Shown here: one piece after another, positions 16,307 to 25,288 of the stretch
Numbering within the stretch: position 1 is the first letter of the stretch
Layout of the letters: every line of letters begins with the position of its first letter
Origin: an uncultured Clostridia bacterium
GTDB lineage: Bacteria > Bacillota > Clostridia > Christensenellales > Aristaeellaceae
Reading direction: 5' to 3'
NCBI GenBank assembly: GCA_937907055.1
Contig: CALCTW010000034.1
Location: forward strand, 3,009-35,008
DNA: 32,000 nucleotides
Program-made: the position numbers and the translations under genes
The notes under the pieces: model-generated
Seen by the model: only the letters and a program-made list of their open reading frames with translations
What the model was told of the DNA's origin: nothing
Database searches by the model: none

Positions 16307-17179
16307 ATGAACAAAAAGCTCCTCGGACATCTGCTCGCGCTTTTCTCCTGCTGTGTATGGGGCACCACCTTTATCTGCTCCAAGATCCTGCTGCAGCACA
16401 TGACGCCGGTCACGCTGCTGCTCATCCGCTTTGTGCTGGGCTTCTTTGCCCTCTTCCTGCTCTACCCCAAGCCGATGCCCTTCCTTGGCCTGAAAAAGGA
16501 GTTGATCCTGCTCGGCGCGGGTGTCAGCGGCATCACGGTCTATTATCAACTGGAAAACACCGCGCTCCTCTATGCTGATGCCTCTCTGGTCAGTGTCATC
16601 ATCTGCACCGCGCCGTTCTTCGTCACCATCTGCTCCCGCCTGTTTCTCCGCACGGAGAAGCTGCGCCGCGGCTTTATTCCGGGCCTGCTCATTTCCACCG
16701 CGGGCATCTGCGTGATGAGCTTTACCGGCGCGCTGCAGCAGACCAGCCTGTCCGGCGTGCTGATGGCCGTGATCGCGGCGATGTCCTGGGGCTTTTATTC
16801 TGTCTTCACCAAAAAGGCGGAGGCCTTCGGCTATCACACCATCCAGACCACGCGCCGCCTTTTCCTGTACGGCACGCTGGGCATGACCCCCTTCATCCTG
16901 CTTGACAAGGATTTTTCCCTTGACTTTTCCCTGATCATTCAGCCGGAGATCCTGATCAACCTGCTGTTCCTCGGCATCGTCGCCAGCGCGCTCTGCTTTG
17001 TCACATGGAATACAGGGCTCAAGCATCTGGGCACGCTGTCCTCCAGCGTTTACATCTATCTCACCCCGGTCATCACGGTGGCGTTTTCTGTTCCCATCCT
17101 GCACGAGCAGCTTTCGCTGCAGGGTGTGATCGGCATTATCCTCACCCTGCTCGGCGTGATCGTTTCCGAATGGCTGTAA
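16307..17179 (+). CDS. EamA/DMT superfamily transporter
   Basis: A 10-TM hydrophobic profile with two EamA-like halves. The N-terminus [21 protein letters not shown] is typical. Confidence 0.88.
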   Translation: MNKKLLGHLLALFSCCVWGTTFICSKILLQHMTPVTLLLIRFVLGFFALFLLYPKPMPFLGLKKELILLGAGVSGITVYYQLENTALLYADASLVSVIICTAPFFVTICSRLFLRTEKLRRGFIPGLLISTAGICVMSFTGALQQTSLSGVLMAVIAAMSWGFYSVFTKKAEAFGYHTIQTTRRLFLYGTLGMTPFILLDKDFSLDFSLIIQPEILINLLFLGIVASALCFVTWNTGLKHLGTLSSSVYIYLTPVITVAFSVPILHEQLSLQGVIGIILTLLGVIVSEWL

Positions 17180-17249
17180 GAACACTTCCTTACAGAAAGC
17201 CCAAAAACACGCAGAACATCGATACCGATCCATGACGATCATCATAAAA

Positions 17250-17284
17250 GCCGCGCGAGGCAGACTCACGCGGCTTTGTTTTTT
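17250..17284. terminator. Bidirectional terminator between convergent genes
   Basis: GCCGCGCGAG gcaga CTCACGCGGC hairpin (17250-17274), with an A-run before it and TTTGTTTTTT after it. Confidence 0.6.
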
Positions 17285-17286
17285 GA

Positions 17287-18000
17287 TCATTCAAGGATCA
17301 TATAGCGCTTAAACAGTGGCACCAGCTCATCCGCTTCCGACGGGGCGTAGCGCGGCGAGATCGCGAGCGAAACAAAATCATACGTCGCTTCAGCACGGAA
17401 TTCCTCCGGCCCTCCGTACACGCGGAAGGGGATCTCCGGCTCGGGACCGTTCTGTTTTTCAAACATCCTTGAAGTCAGGGAGACCATTTTGATCGTGCCG
17501 GGATCATCCGGCTTCAGGATCTCCTTCGGGATATCCGGACGCGAGAAGGGCTGACGCACATTCTCCAGCGCGCGGATCCGGCGCATGGCCAGCGCAAACA
17601 GAAGATAATTGGCCTCGTCCAGCTTATGGTCCGCGTAAAACGCGTTCAGATCCAGACGCTTTTCCACAGCGCGGCTGATGACATTGTACAGCACATAGCC
17701 CGGCCCGGGATAACCGATGCCCAGATCGCTGTGCGCGTCGATATGCGTCGCCTCGAAGGGGGCCGTCAGCCGGCCTTCTCTGATCAGCTGTTCCCACCAG
17801 ACCAGTGCCTGATCATGGGTCTCAAACACGCGCCCGGGAATGGGCCGCGCGGCATCCAGCCCGCACTGCTCCTCCAGAAAACGGCGCGCCCGTTCCTCCG
17901 GCCAGGGCTCATGCCCCGTCAGGCAGGGGCGCTCCCCCTTTTCCGCCAGCGGACAGCAATCCGCCAGAAAGAAATCCAGATCGATATCCAGTACCCGCAT
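17287..18000 (-). CDS. UPF0489-like protein (arginase/deacetylase-fold, uncharacterised)
   Basis: N-terminal LDIDLDFF and a HIDAHSDLG motif, as I recall them for UPF0489 and arginase-like metal sites. AAGGATG SD is present. Confidence 0.6.
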   Translation of the reverse strand: MRVLDIDLDFFLADCCPLAEKGERPCLTGHEPWPEERARRFLEEQCGLDAARPIPGRVFETHDQALVWWEQLIREGRLTAPFEATHIDAHSDLGIGYPGPGYVLYNVISRAVEKRLDLNAFYADHKLDEANYLLFALAMRRIRALENVRQPFSRPDIPKEILKPDDPGTIKMVSLTSRMFEKQNGPEPEIPFRVYGGPEEFRAEATYDFVSLAISPRYAPSEADELVPLFKRYMILE

Positions 18001-18046
18001 ATGTTTTCATCCTTGCATTCCGGGACGGCTCAGAGGCCGCGCCGGA

Positions 18047-19081
18047 TCATTTCTTTTCTTTGACATCCGCCCTGCCGGCAATGATATCCCGGTAATCCGC
18101 CAGATTCTTCTTGAGCAGCGTGGGGATCGGCAGTTCATACGGGCAGCGGCTCAGACAGGCGCCGCATTCCACGCAGTCATCGATCTTTTCCATTTCGACC
18201 TGCCATTCCGGGCTCAGCCAGTGAGTGGTCGGAGAACGGCGGATCATCTGGCTCATGCGCGCCGCCTGATTGATCTGGATGCCCACGGTGCAGGGCATGC
18301 AGTAGCCGCAGCCGCGGCAGAATTCGCCCAGCAGCTCCTTCCGGTCGGCATCGATCACCGCCTGCAGCTCCTCCGTCATCACGGCATCCCGCTCAAAGAA
18401 GCTCAGCCACTGCTCCAGCTCGCTCTCCTTCTGAACGCCCCAGATGGGCAGGACGGGATACTGTGTCATGAACGCCATGCAGGCATCCGCGTTAGTCAGC
18501 AGACCGCCGGAAAGGCCCTTCATGGCAATGAAGCCCATGTCAGCCGCTTCACACTTCTTTACCAGCGCGATATCGCGGTCGGACGCCAGATAGGAGAACG
18601 GGAACTGCAGCGTTTCATACAGGCCGCTTTCCACGATCTCCTCCGCCACGCCGATCTTATGCGCCGTGATGCCGATATGACGGATCATGCCTTTTTCCTT
18701 CGCCTCCAGCAGGGCTTCATACATGCCGGTGCCGTCGCCGGGACGATAGCAGCGATCCGCGCAATGCAGCTGATAGATGTCCAGATAATCGGTCTTCAGA
18801 TTGGTCAGGGTCGTGTTCAGATCCTTCCAGAACTGCTCCGGGGTCTTCGCGCCGGTCTTGGACGCGATGAAGATCTTTTCACGCATGCCTTCAAAGGCAA
18901 TGCCCAGCTTGACCTCGCTGTCCGTATACGCGCGGGCGGTATCAAAGAAGGTCATGCCGCCTTCATAAGCCCTGCGCAGGATACGCACGGCCTCCTCCAC
19001 GGACACACGCTGCACCGGCAGCGCGCCGAAGGCGTTCTTGGGGGTCACGATCCCGGTCTTACCCAGTTTGATCATTTCCAT
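18047..19081 (-). CDS. Aldo/keto reductase with a C-terminal 4Fe-4S cluster domain
   Basis: AKR N-terminal pattern (GKTGIVTPKNAFGALPVQR..., FFDTARAYTDSE). C-terminal Cys motifs CRGCGYCMPC and CVECGACLSRCP. The start was chosen at MEMIKLGK (19081). Confidence 0.87.
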   Translation of the reverse strand: MEMIKLGKTGIVTPKNAFGALPVQRVSVEEAVRILRRAYEGGMTFFDTARAYTDSEVKLGIAFEGMREKIFIASKTGAKTPEQFWKDLNTTLTNLKTDYLDIYQLHCADRCYRPGDGTGMYEALLEAKEKGMIRHIGITAHKIGVAEEIVESGLYETLQFPFSYLASDRDIALVKKCEAADMGFIAMKGLSGGLLTNADACMAFMTQYPVLPIWGVQKESELEQWLSFFERDAVMTEELQAVIDADRKELLGEFCRGCGYCMPCTVGIQINQAARMSQMIRRSPTTHWLSPEWQVEMEKIDDCVECGACLSRCPYELPIPTLLKKNLADYRDIIAGRADVKEKK

Positions 19082-19149
19082 GTTTTCTTCCCTGCTTTCT
19101 GTATTTTTTACTAATAATAAAGCCCTGTTTAGAATAAATAAACCGTCTT

Positions 19150-20295
19150 TTATCCTCTCATCCGGTCCAGGCACACCGCCAGTGTGATCTTCAGCCCGGG
19201 CAGCAGAGAGTCAATCTCCACCCATTCATCCTGGGTGTGCGCGTTCCTGCCGCGCATCGCGCCGATCGTGACGCCGGGGATCCCCGCGCCGAGCGCGCTG
19301 TTGGCATCGGTGGAACCGGCGCCCTCGCGGATCTCATTCCCCGCGTAGGTCTGCTGGATCGCTTTCATGTCATCGGTCAGCTTCCGCAGAACCGCCTCAT
19401 CCACGCCCTGCCTGCAGGGACGGATGCCCAGCGTTTCCACGTCGATCGACATTCCCTCCTCACGGAAACGGCGGATCGTCTCCTCAAAGAAGGCGCGCAT
19501 ATCCTGCATCCCCTCCTGATTCGGGCTGCGGTATTCATACAGAAGGCTGCACTCCGCGCAGATGCTGTTGACCGTCGTGCCGCCCTCGATGACCCCCGCG
19601 TTATAGGTCGCGCCGGATACCGGTACCTTCTCATACAGCGCGCGGATCACCTCCGCCATCTGCACGATGGCATTGGTATTGCCGAAGCACTTGTAGGAAT
19701 GGCCGCCCTGCGCGCGGATCCGGATCCTGTACCGTTCGGAGCCCACCGCGTCATTGACGATGGCATCCATGGAGCCGTCGATGGAGATCAGGGCGCTCAT
19801 GCGGCTGCCGTATTCCTGCACGATCCGCCGGGAGCCCTTCAGATTGCCCAGCCCCTCCTCGCAGCTGTTGGCGACAAGGATCAGATTGCCGTTCGCGAGT
19901 TCCGGATGCTGTATCAGATAGCGGCCCGCCATCATGATGGATACCAGATTGGCCGTGTCATCCCCGATCCCGGGGGCGTACAATTTGCCGTTTTCCTCTC
20001 GCAGCGGCAGCGGATCCGTATCCGGAAACACCACATCGGTGTGCGCCATCAGCACGGTGACCGGCCCATTGCCGTCATCCCGCGCCGGCCAGATCACATT
20101 CTGCGCTTCATCGATCCGAACACCCTCGGCCCCGGCGTTTTCCAGCCACGCCTTCACAAACGCCGCTCTTCGGCCTTCATCATGCGAGGGCGCCGGGATC
20201 GCGCCCAGTGTTTTCAGCAGATCAAGCAATTCCTCCGCGTGGGCATCGCACCACGCCTCCTGCTCCGCGGTCAGATAATTTTTCTTTTCTGTCAT
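19150..20295 (-). CDS. M20/M25/M40 family metallopeptidase (dipeptidase/deacylase-like)
   Basis: AHTDVVFP, GIGDDTANL and NSCEEGLGNLKG metal-ligand motifs. The start was chosen at MTEKKNYL (20295), with GAGGG 7 nt upstream. Confidence 0.87.
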   Translation of the reverse strand: MTEKKNYLTAEQEAWCDAHAEELLDLLKTLGAIPAPSHDEGRRAAFVKAWLENAGAEGVRIDEAQNVIWPARDDGNGPVTVLMAHTDVVFPDTDPLPLREENGKLYAPGIGDDTANLVSIMMAGRYLIQHPELANGNLILVANSCEEGLGNLKGSRRIVQEYGSRMSALISIDGSMDAIVNDAVGSERYRIRIRAQGGHSYKCFGNTNAIVQMAEVIRALYEKVPVSGATYNAGVIEGGTTVNSICAECSLLYEYRSPNQEGMQDMRAFFEETIRRFREEGMSIDVETLGIRPCRQGVDEAVLRKLTDDMKAIQQTYAGNEIREGAGSTDANSALGAGIPGVTIGAMRGRNAHTQDEWVEIDSLLPGLKITLAVCLDRMRG

Positions 20296-20305
20296 TGCAA
20301 AGCCC

Positions 20306-20995
20306 TCACAGCTGCTGATCCCGGCGTTCGGCGCGGAGGATCGCGTTCCGCATGGCGAAGGTGATCTCATCCGCGCGGACGATCTCCACCCCCGCGAACG
20401 GGGCATCCAGCAGCCGCTCCCACATGAAGCGCGCGGCACGCAGGTTTTCGTTGATCTCCTGCGCGCATACCGCTTCACGGGCGGAGGGCATGAGGGTGAG
20501 CAGACGGCGGTACAGCGCGGTGTAGGTGTCCCACAACAGCTGCGGCACCGAGGGCAGAGTGTAATAGACGGTTCCCTCTGCCTTCAGCTGCTCCAGCACG
20601 GCTTCCATTTCCGGGCGGAAAAGCGCCTCCTGAGCCTTCAGGATGGCCTGCAGCACCACATCGCTCTCCGTGGTCCCGGCCAGCGGCAGCAGCAGCGCCA
20701 TCATTTCCTCCTCGCCGTGGCGGAACGGAACGGCGTGATACAATAGACCGTTCAGTTTTTCCAGCGGACGGTGATAATCCTTCTGCTGATAGGCGGCGAA
20801 AGCCATCTCGCTCCTTCTGGCGCACACCTCGCTCAGGATCTGCAGCTTGCTTTCAAAATGATGATAAAAGCTGCCCTTTGTGCACTGAAAGGCTTCCACG
20901 AGCTGCTGGATCGAGGTCTGGTTATAGCCTCTTTCAAAAAACAGTTTTTCCGATAATTTGATCAGGTTTTCCTTCTTGATCTCACCCTTCAGCAT
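20306..20995 (-). CDS. TetR/AcrR family transcriptional regulator
   Basis: N-terminal HTH LIKLSEKLFFERGYNQTSIQQLVEAFQCTKGSFYHHFESK. The start at 20995 (MLKGEI) is preferred because GGAAGG lies 8 nt upstream. The alternative is 21016. Confidence 0.87.
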   Translation of the reverse strand: MLKGEIKKENLIKLSEKLFFERGYNQTSIQQLVEAFQCTKGSFYHHFESKLQILSEVCARRSEMAFAAYQQKDYHRPLEKLNGLLYHAVPFRHGEEEMMALLLPLAGTTESDVVLQAILKAQEALFRPEMEAVLEQLKAEGTVYYTLPSVPQLLWDTYTALYRRLLTLMPSAREAVCAQEINENLRAARFMWERLLDAPFAGVEIVRADEITFAMRNAILRAERRDQQL

Positions 20996-21671
20996 CTTCT
21001 TCGCCTTCCTTTTCATCGATCATATACGCCAGATCCGCCTTCAGCGACTGATAAAAGCTTTCCACCATGCGGGATTTTTCATCCCACATCGCGCGCGCGG
21101 CCGGGGTCACCATCGGGCTGAGCCGTCGGGCGTAGCGCAGGGTGTATTTTTCGATATGCTGCAGCGCGTCCTTGAAATCACACTGCGGATTGCGCGCCTG
21201 CTCGATCCGCGTATCCATGATGATGCCCATCGCGCCGCTGTCATCAAACAAATCGGCCTCCATCAGCATGAGCAGCATCCTGGGGATATCGGGATTGCGC
21301 ATCCGCGCCTTATCACTGTGCGCGGCGACCAGCTCGCACACACGGTTGACTTTATCACTGCTCCAGCCCTGCCCGGTCAGATACTCCCGCGCGATCTCCG
21401 CGCTCTTCTCCGCGTGCCGGGAGGTATCCTCGCACAGCACATAGCCGCTGTCGTGGAAAATGGCCGCCGTGATCAGGATATCCTGTTCCTCGATCGTCAG
21501 CCCGCCCTGCTTGCCGATCAGCCGCATGGTCCACGTGACCACACGCTTGGTGTGATCAAACCGGCTGTAGCGGATGGAGGCCTTGGTGCCGAAGGTGTGC
21601 GTATAGCCCACCAGACACTTTTTCACATGCCGCAGCATGGCGCGGTATTCATTCATTCGTTTTTCATCCAT
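20982..21671 (-). CDS. HD domain phosphohydrolase
   Basis: The H...HD motif (AAIFHDSGY) is present with downstream conserved His/Asp. The GAGGAGGGG SD overlaps the VanW stop. Confidence 0.85.
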   Translation of the reverse strand: MDEKRMNEYRAMLRHVKKCLVGYTHTFGTKASIRYSRFDHTKRVVTWTMRLIGKQGGLTIEEQDILITAAIFHDSGYVLCEDTSRHAEKSAEIAREYLTGQGWSSDKVNRVCELVAAHSDKARMRNPDIPRMLLMLMEADLFDDSGAMGIIMDTRIEQARNPQCDFKDALQHIEKYTLRYARRLSPMVTPAARAMWDEKSRMVESFYQSLKADLAYMIDEKEGEEDAEG

Positions 21672-21684
21672 GACCGTCCCCTCC

Positions 21685-23697
21685 TCAAAGGCTGTACTCG
21701 ATCACCTGACGGATCATCTTGTAGATGGAATCAAACAATTTCACTCTTCTGTACTCGACCCCGTTGAGCTTGTAGATCCTGTAGGTCTCCACCGTGTACC
21801 CGGTGCGCGCCTTCTTGACCTCGCGCTGGGTGCCGCTGGGCAGAGAACTGTTCAGGATATATTCCGCCTCTGCCGGCGGCTTCTCGGTGCGCGTGACCAC
21901 ACTCATCAGTTCAATGGTCTCGCCCGCGGGCGGCGCGACCCCATAAAACTCCACCGTGCATTTTCGGCCTTCATAATAAGCCACGATGAACACGGGCCAT
22001 TCTTTATCGTTTCTGAAGCAGAAATCCAGATTGGGCCAGTTCACCGTCGCGTCGCGGCCCTTATCCACATAGGAGCTGGGCCAGGTGTGCGCGTAATGCT
22101 CCGTGATGGACATATCCGCCAGCGCGGCCGCGTTGAACAGCGTGCTGCTCACCTGACAGACACCGCCGCCGATATCATCCACCGTGGTGCCGTTTTTGAT
22201 CGCGGCAGCCGCCATATAACCCTTGGCAGCCGTGCGTTCACCGGTGCAGGCGTTGAAGGAAAAAGTCTCCCCGCTCCCCAGCACCGTACCGTTCACCGCC
22301 TCACAGGCCAGCAGGATATTCATGTTGCGTTCCGGATCATCGGTGGTATCGGTCGTAAAGGAAGCGATCTTCGAGAAGGTGCTCATGAGCTTGGTCTTCG
22401 TCACGGCAGGCTGTACGATGCCGGGCTCCAGGATCACCTCGCCGGTGTACTGCCCCTGATCCAGCATGGAGATCAGCCCGGCGTACAGGGCTTCGGTATC
22501 GATCGTCCGCCCGCTTTTCTCTTCCGTGAACACGAAGGTGCGCGTGGTAAAATCGAACGCCGCGACCGTGGCATCCACCGCCGGAGAAGTCTCCGCCGCG
22601 CCGATGGACTGCACCACCTGCTGCACATCGCCCCTGGAATAGGTGACGCGCGTGTAATAGTACGCGCCGTTCTTCGCGATCTGCTCCATCTTTTTATACC
22701 GGTATTCCACCGGCGAAAGCATGGTATCCGCGATGCCCTGACGCGTCAGATTGAGCGCTTCGTTGAGCACCGCCGCGGTATTGCGGTAAAAAGGAATATG
22801 ATCGCTCGTCACGCGGTAGCTGCCGCCGCCGCGGATGGTGACGGTGATATCGATTTTGGGCGTGCTTTCCGCGTGATCGGCCTTCAGCGCTATCTCGGCT
22901 TCTTCCCGGGTCATGCCGCCGACGGCGACACCGTCCACCGTGATCCCCTCCGGAAACCGGCCGCCGTATACGGCTTCCACGCGGCGGCGATGGGCAGGCT
23001 CGCCGGAGATAAAGTAGCGGTCGATGAGGCTGCAGCCCATCCAGATCAGCAGCGCCGCGCAGACAAGACTGATGAGCACCCACGGCCACCGGTGACCGGA
23101 CGGCCCGGACGGCTTTCCGGCAGGCGTTTCCGCGTACCTTTCATTTCCGCGGCTCCTCGCGCGAGGATGATCACCGGGGGCCGGAGCGGCCTTCGCGCCG
23201 CCGTTTTCCGGGCGTAGACGGGCATGACCGACCGCGGGATCCCCCGTATCTCCCCAGCCGACCGGGATATCATAGGCATCCTGAATGGAAGCCGCGGGCA
23301 CGAAAGCCGGCTGTGTTCCGGGCGCGCGGGCGTCATCGCCCCAATGATCCGGGATCCCGTAAGGATCCGCGTATGCGGGCTTCTGCTCCGGCGCGGCTCT
23401 GTTTTCCCCGGCGATCCGCGCGCGGAGGACCTTCTTTTCCCTGCGTTTTCCGCGCCGCGGCTGTTCTTCTTCATAAACGGCGTCCGGATAGGGTGTTTCC
23501 GTGCCCCAGTCCTCCGGGACCGGCACAGCGCCCTGAAGCGGATCTTCCCCTGCAGGATAGGCGGGCGGCATCTGCCGCGAAACAGGAGGCATATACGCGT
23601 TTTCCGGGACAGGCGCGGCGCTGCCGGGATCATCCCATATGTCATCCGGCACGGGCGCTTCCCACAGATCGCTGTTCTTCCGCTGATCCGGGCGCAT
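21685..23697 (-). CDS. VanW family protein with a Pro-rich cytoplasmic N-terminus, a TM helix and a C-terminal G5-like domain
   Basis: VanW core GGGVCQVSSTLFNAA...HYAHTWPSSYV...GRDATVNWPNLDFCFRND. The C-terminus TGYTVETYRIYKLNGVE is G5-like. The start was set at the ATG at 23697 (AGGAGG upstream). An alternative lies 21 nt further up. Confidence 0.85.
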   Translation of the reverse strand: MRPDQRKNSDLWEAPVPDDIWDDPGSAAPVPENAYMPPVSRQMPPAYPAGEDPLQGAVPVPEDWGTETPYPDAVYEEEQPRRGKRREKKVLRARIAGENRAAPEQKPAYADPYGIPDHWGDDARAPGTQPAFVPAASIQDAYDIPVGWGDTGDPAVGHARLRPENGGAKAAPAPGDHPRARSRGNERYAETPAGKPSGPSGHRWPWVLISLVCAALLIWMGCSLIDRYFISGEPAHRRRVEAVYGGRFPEGITVDGVAVGGMTREEAEIALKADHAESTPKIDITVTIRGGGSYRVTSDHIPFYRNTAAVLNEALNLTRQGIADTMLSPVEYRYKKMEQIAKNGAYYYTRVTYSRGDVQQVVQSIGAAETSPAVDATVAAFDFTTRTFVFTEEKSGRTIDTEALYAGLISMLDQGQYTGEVILEPGIVQPAVTKTKLMSTFSKIASFTTDTTDDPERNMNILLACEAVNGTVLGSGETFSFNACTGERTAAKGYMAAAAIKNGTTVDDIGGGVCQVSSTLFNAAALADMSITEHYAHTWPSSYVDKGRDATVNWPNLDFCFRNDKEWPVFIVAYYEGRKCTVEFYGVAPPAGETIELMSVVTRTEKPPAEAEYILNSSLPSGTQREVKKARTGYTVETYRIYKLNGVEYRRVKLFDSIYKMIRQVIEYSL

Positions 23698-23896
23698 AGG
23701 ACCTCCTTTTAAAAACATACCATTTTCTACAATTCTATCCTCATACAGCGGTTTTGTCAAGAAAACACGCGGTTTTTACGCGGGAATACAGCGAAAAACA
23801 GCACAGAAAACCGAAAGAATACACTCCGGCTGTTTGACGGCACGGAAATCTTTGATATACTGTGCGTATCGCGTTCGCAGAAACGGAGGAAAACGC

Positions 23897-24720
23897 ATGT
23901 TCAAGAAACTGAAACAGGTTTTCAGGGAGGATTCGCCCTACCGTCTCTTTTTGCTGACATTGCTGATCACAGGTGTCGGCTACGGTATTTACAAGGGCAT
24001 CCTCGACAACTACATGGCCGAGGTCGTCCACATTGAAAAGATGGACCGCGGCGTGGTGGAATTTTTCCGCGAGATCCCGGGCCTGCTGCTGATCTTTATC
24101 ACAGCCGCGCTGTACACACTTTCCGCGGAGCGCATTTACAAGATCGGCGCTGTCATCATGCTGGGCGGCATGGTGATGATCTCCGCCGTACCGGCCACCA
24201 AGGCACTGGTAACGATGGCGATCTGCCTGTATTCGCTGGGTGAGCACATCCAGCTGGGCATGAAAAACACCCTTTCACTGGAATACGCCAAGGCGGGTCA
24301 GGGCGGCAAAGCGCTGGGGCATCAGAACGCCATGTCCAATATCGGCACGGTGGCCGGTTACGGCATCGTCATCGCCGCGTTCTCGCTCTTCAGCACGGAA
24401 AAGCCCTTCCGTCTTTTCTTCTCCGTCGGCGCTGTGCTGATCGGCATCGCCATGCTGCTGTCCTTCCGCATTCCAGGCAAGAGCCGGCAGACCGGCCAGA
24501 AGCGCTTCTATTTCCGCAAGAAGTTCACCAAGTATTATATGCTGGAGGTCTTCTACGGCGCGCGCAAGCAGGTGTTCTTCACCTTCGGCCCCTACCTGCT
24601 CATCCTTCATTACGGCGCGGACGCCCCGGTCATCAGTCTGCTGTTCGCCATTTCGGCTGTCGCGGCCTACTTCCTGGCCCCGCTCGTCGGCAACATCATC
24701 GACAAGGTGGGCTACAAGGC
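23897..24720 (+). CDS. MFS transporter, N-terminal ~275 aa only (truncated at the composition breakpoint)
   Basis: GGAGG SD lies 7 nt before ATG 23897. About eight TM helices are followed by an abrupt switch of sequence character at ~24.72 kb within the same open frame (track ORF 23834-25288). Confidence 0.7.
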
Positions 24721-25288
24721 CGTAGAGAATTTATACTTCTCTGCAGTGTTCAACTTCAGGTCGCAGTTTGCAGAGGGCTACAAGAGCCAGACAGACAAGA
24801 CTCCGATCTCCGCTTTCTTCGCTCCTGCATATGCCACACTCGGTCTTGGTATCGACTACACCCCGAGCAAGAACATCTCCGTCAACTTCGCGCCTCTCAC
24901 CGGGAAGACCGTTATGGTCAAGATTCCTGAACTGAGGTCGACATACGGCAACGCTGATGACCAGTTCTGCCGCTTCGAGCTCGGTGCCCAGCTGAAGATG
25001 GATGGAAAGATCGAGGTTCAGAACTTCAAGGCCTCCACTTCCGTGACACTCTTCTCCGACTATCTGAACAAGCCTTTGAACATCAAGGTCAACTGGGATG
25101 CCAATGTCGAGGCGAAGATATCCAAGTATTTCTCCGTCACGCTCAGGACCAACATGATCTATGATGACAACATCAAGCTCACAAAGGTCAATGACCGTAC
25201 CGGCGAGACTTATCAGGCTGCCGGAGTCCAGTTCAAGGAACTCTTCTCGATCGGCTTCACCTATACAATCGGCGACAAGAAGAAATAA
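24721..25288 (+). CDS. DUF3078-like outer-membrane beta-barrel protein, C-terminal fragment
   Basis: NLYFSAVFNFRSQFAEGY, SAFFAPAYATLGLGIDYTP, FAPLTGK, TLFSDYLNKP and RTNMIYDD match the Bacteroidota DUF3078 pattern as I recall it. There is no N-terminus or signal peptide. Confidence 0.65.

Noticed and set aside
16040-17290. Upstream 417 codons of the 474 aa minus-strand ORF 15866-17290
   Set aside because: Only the last 57 codons (S21, with its own GTG and SD) are real. The remainder crosses the rpsU promoter region and is antisense to the EamA transporter gene.
17840-23217. Plus-strand ORFs 17840-19114, 19237-20364, 20958-21767 and 21637-23217
   Set aside because: All are antisense to well-supported minus-strand genes (AKR, M20, TetR/HD, VanW). 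Their translations are Arg/Ala/Gly-rich and low-complexity.
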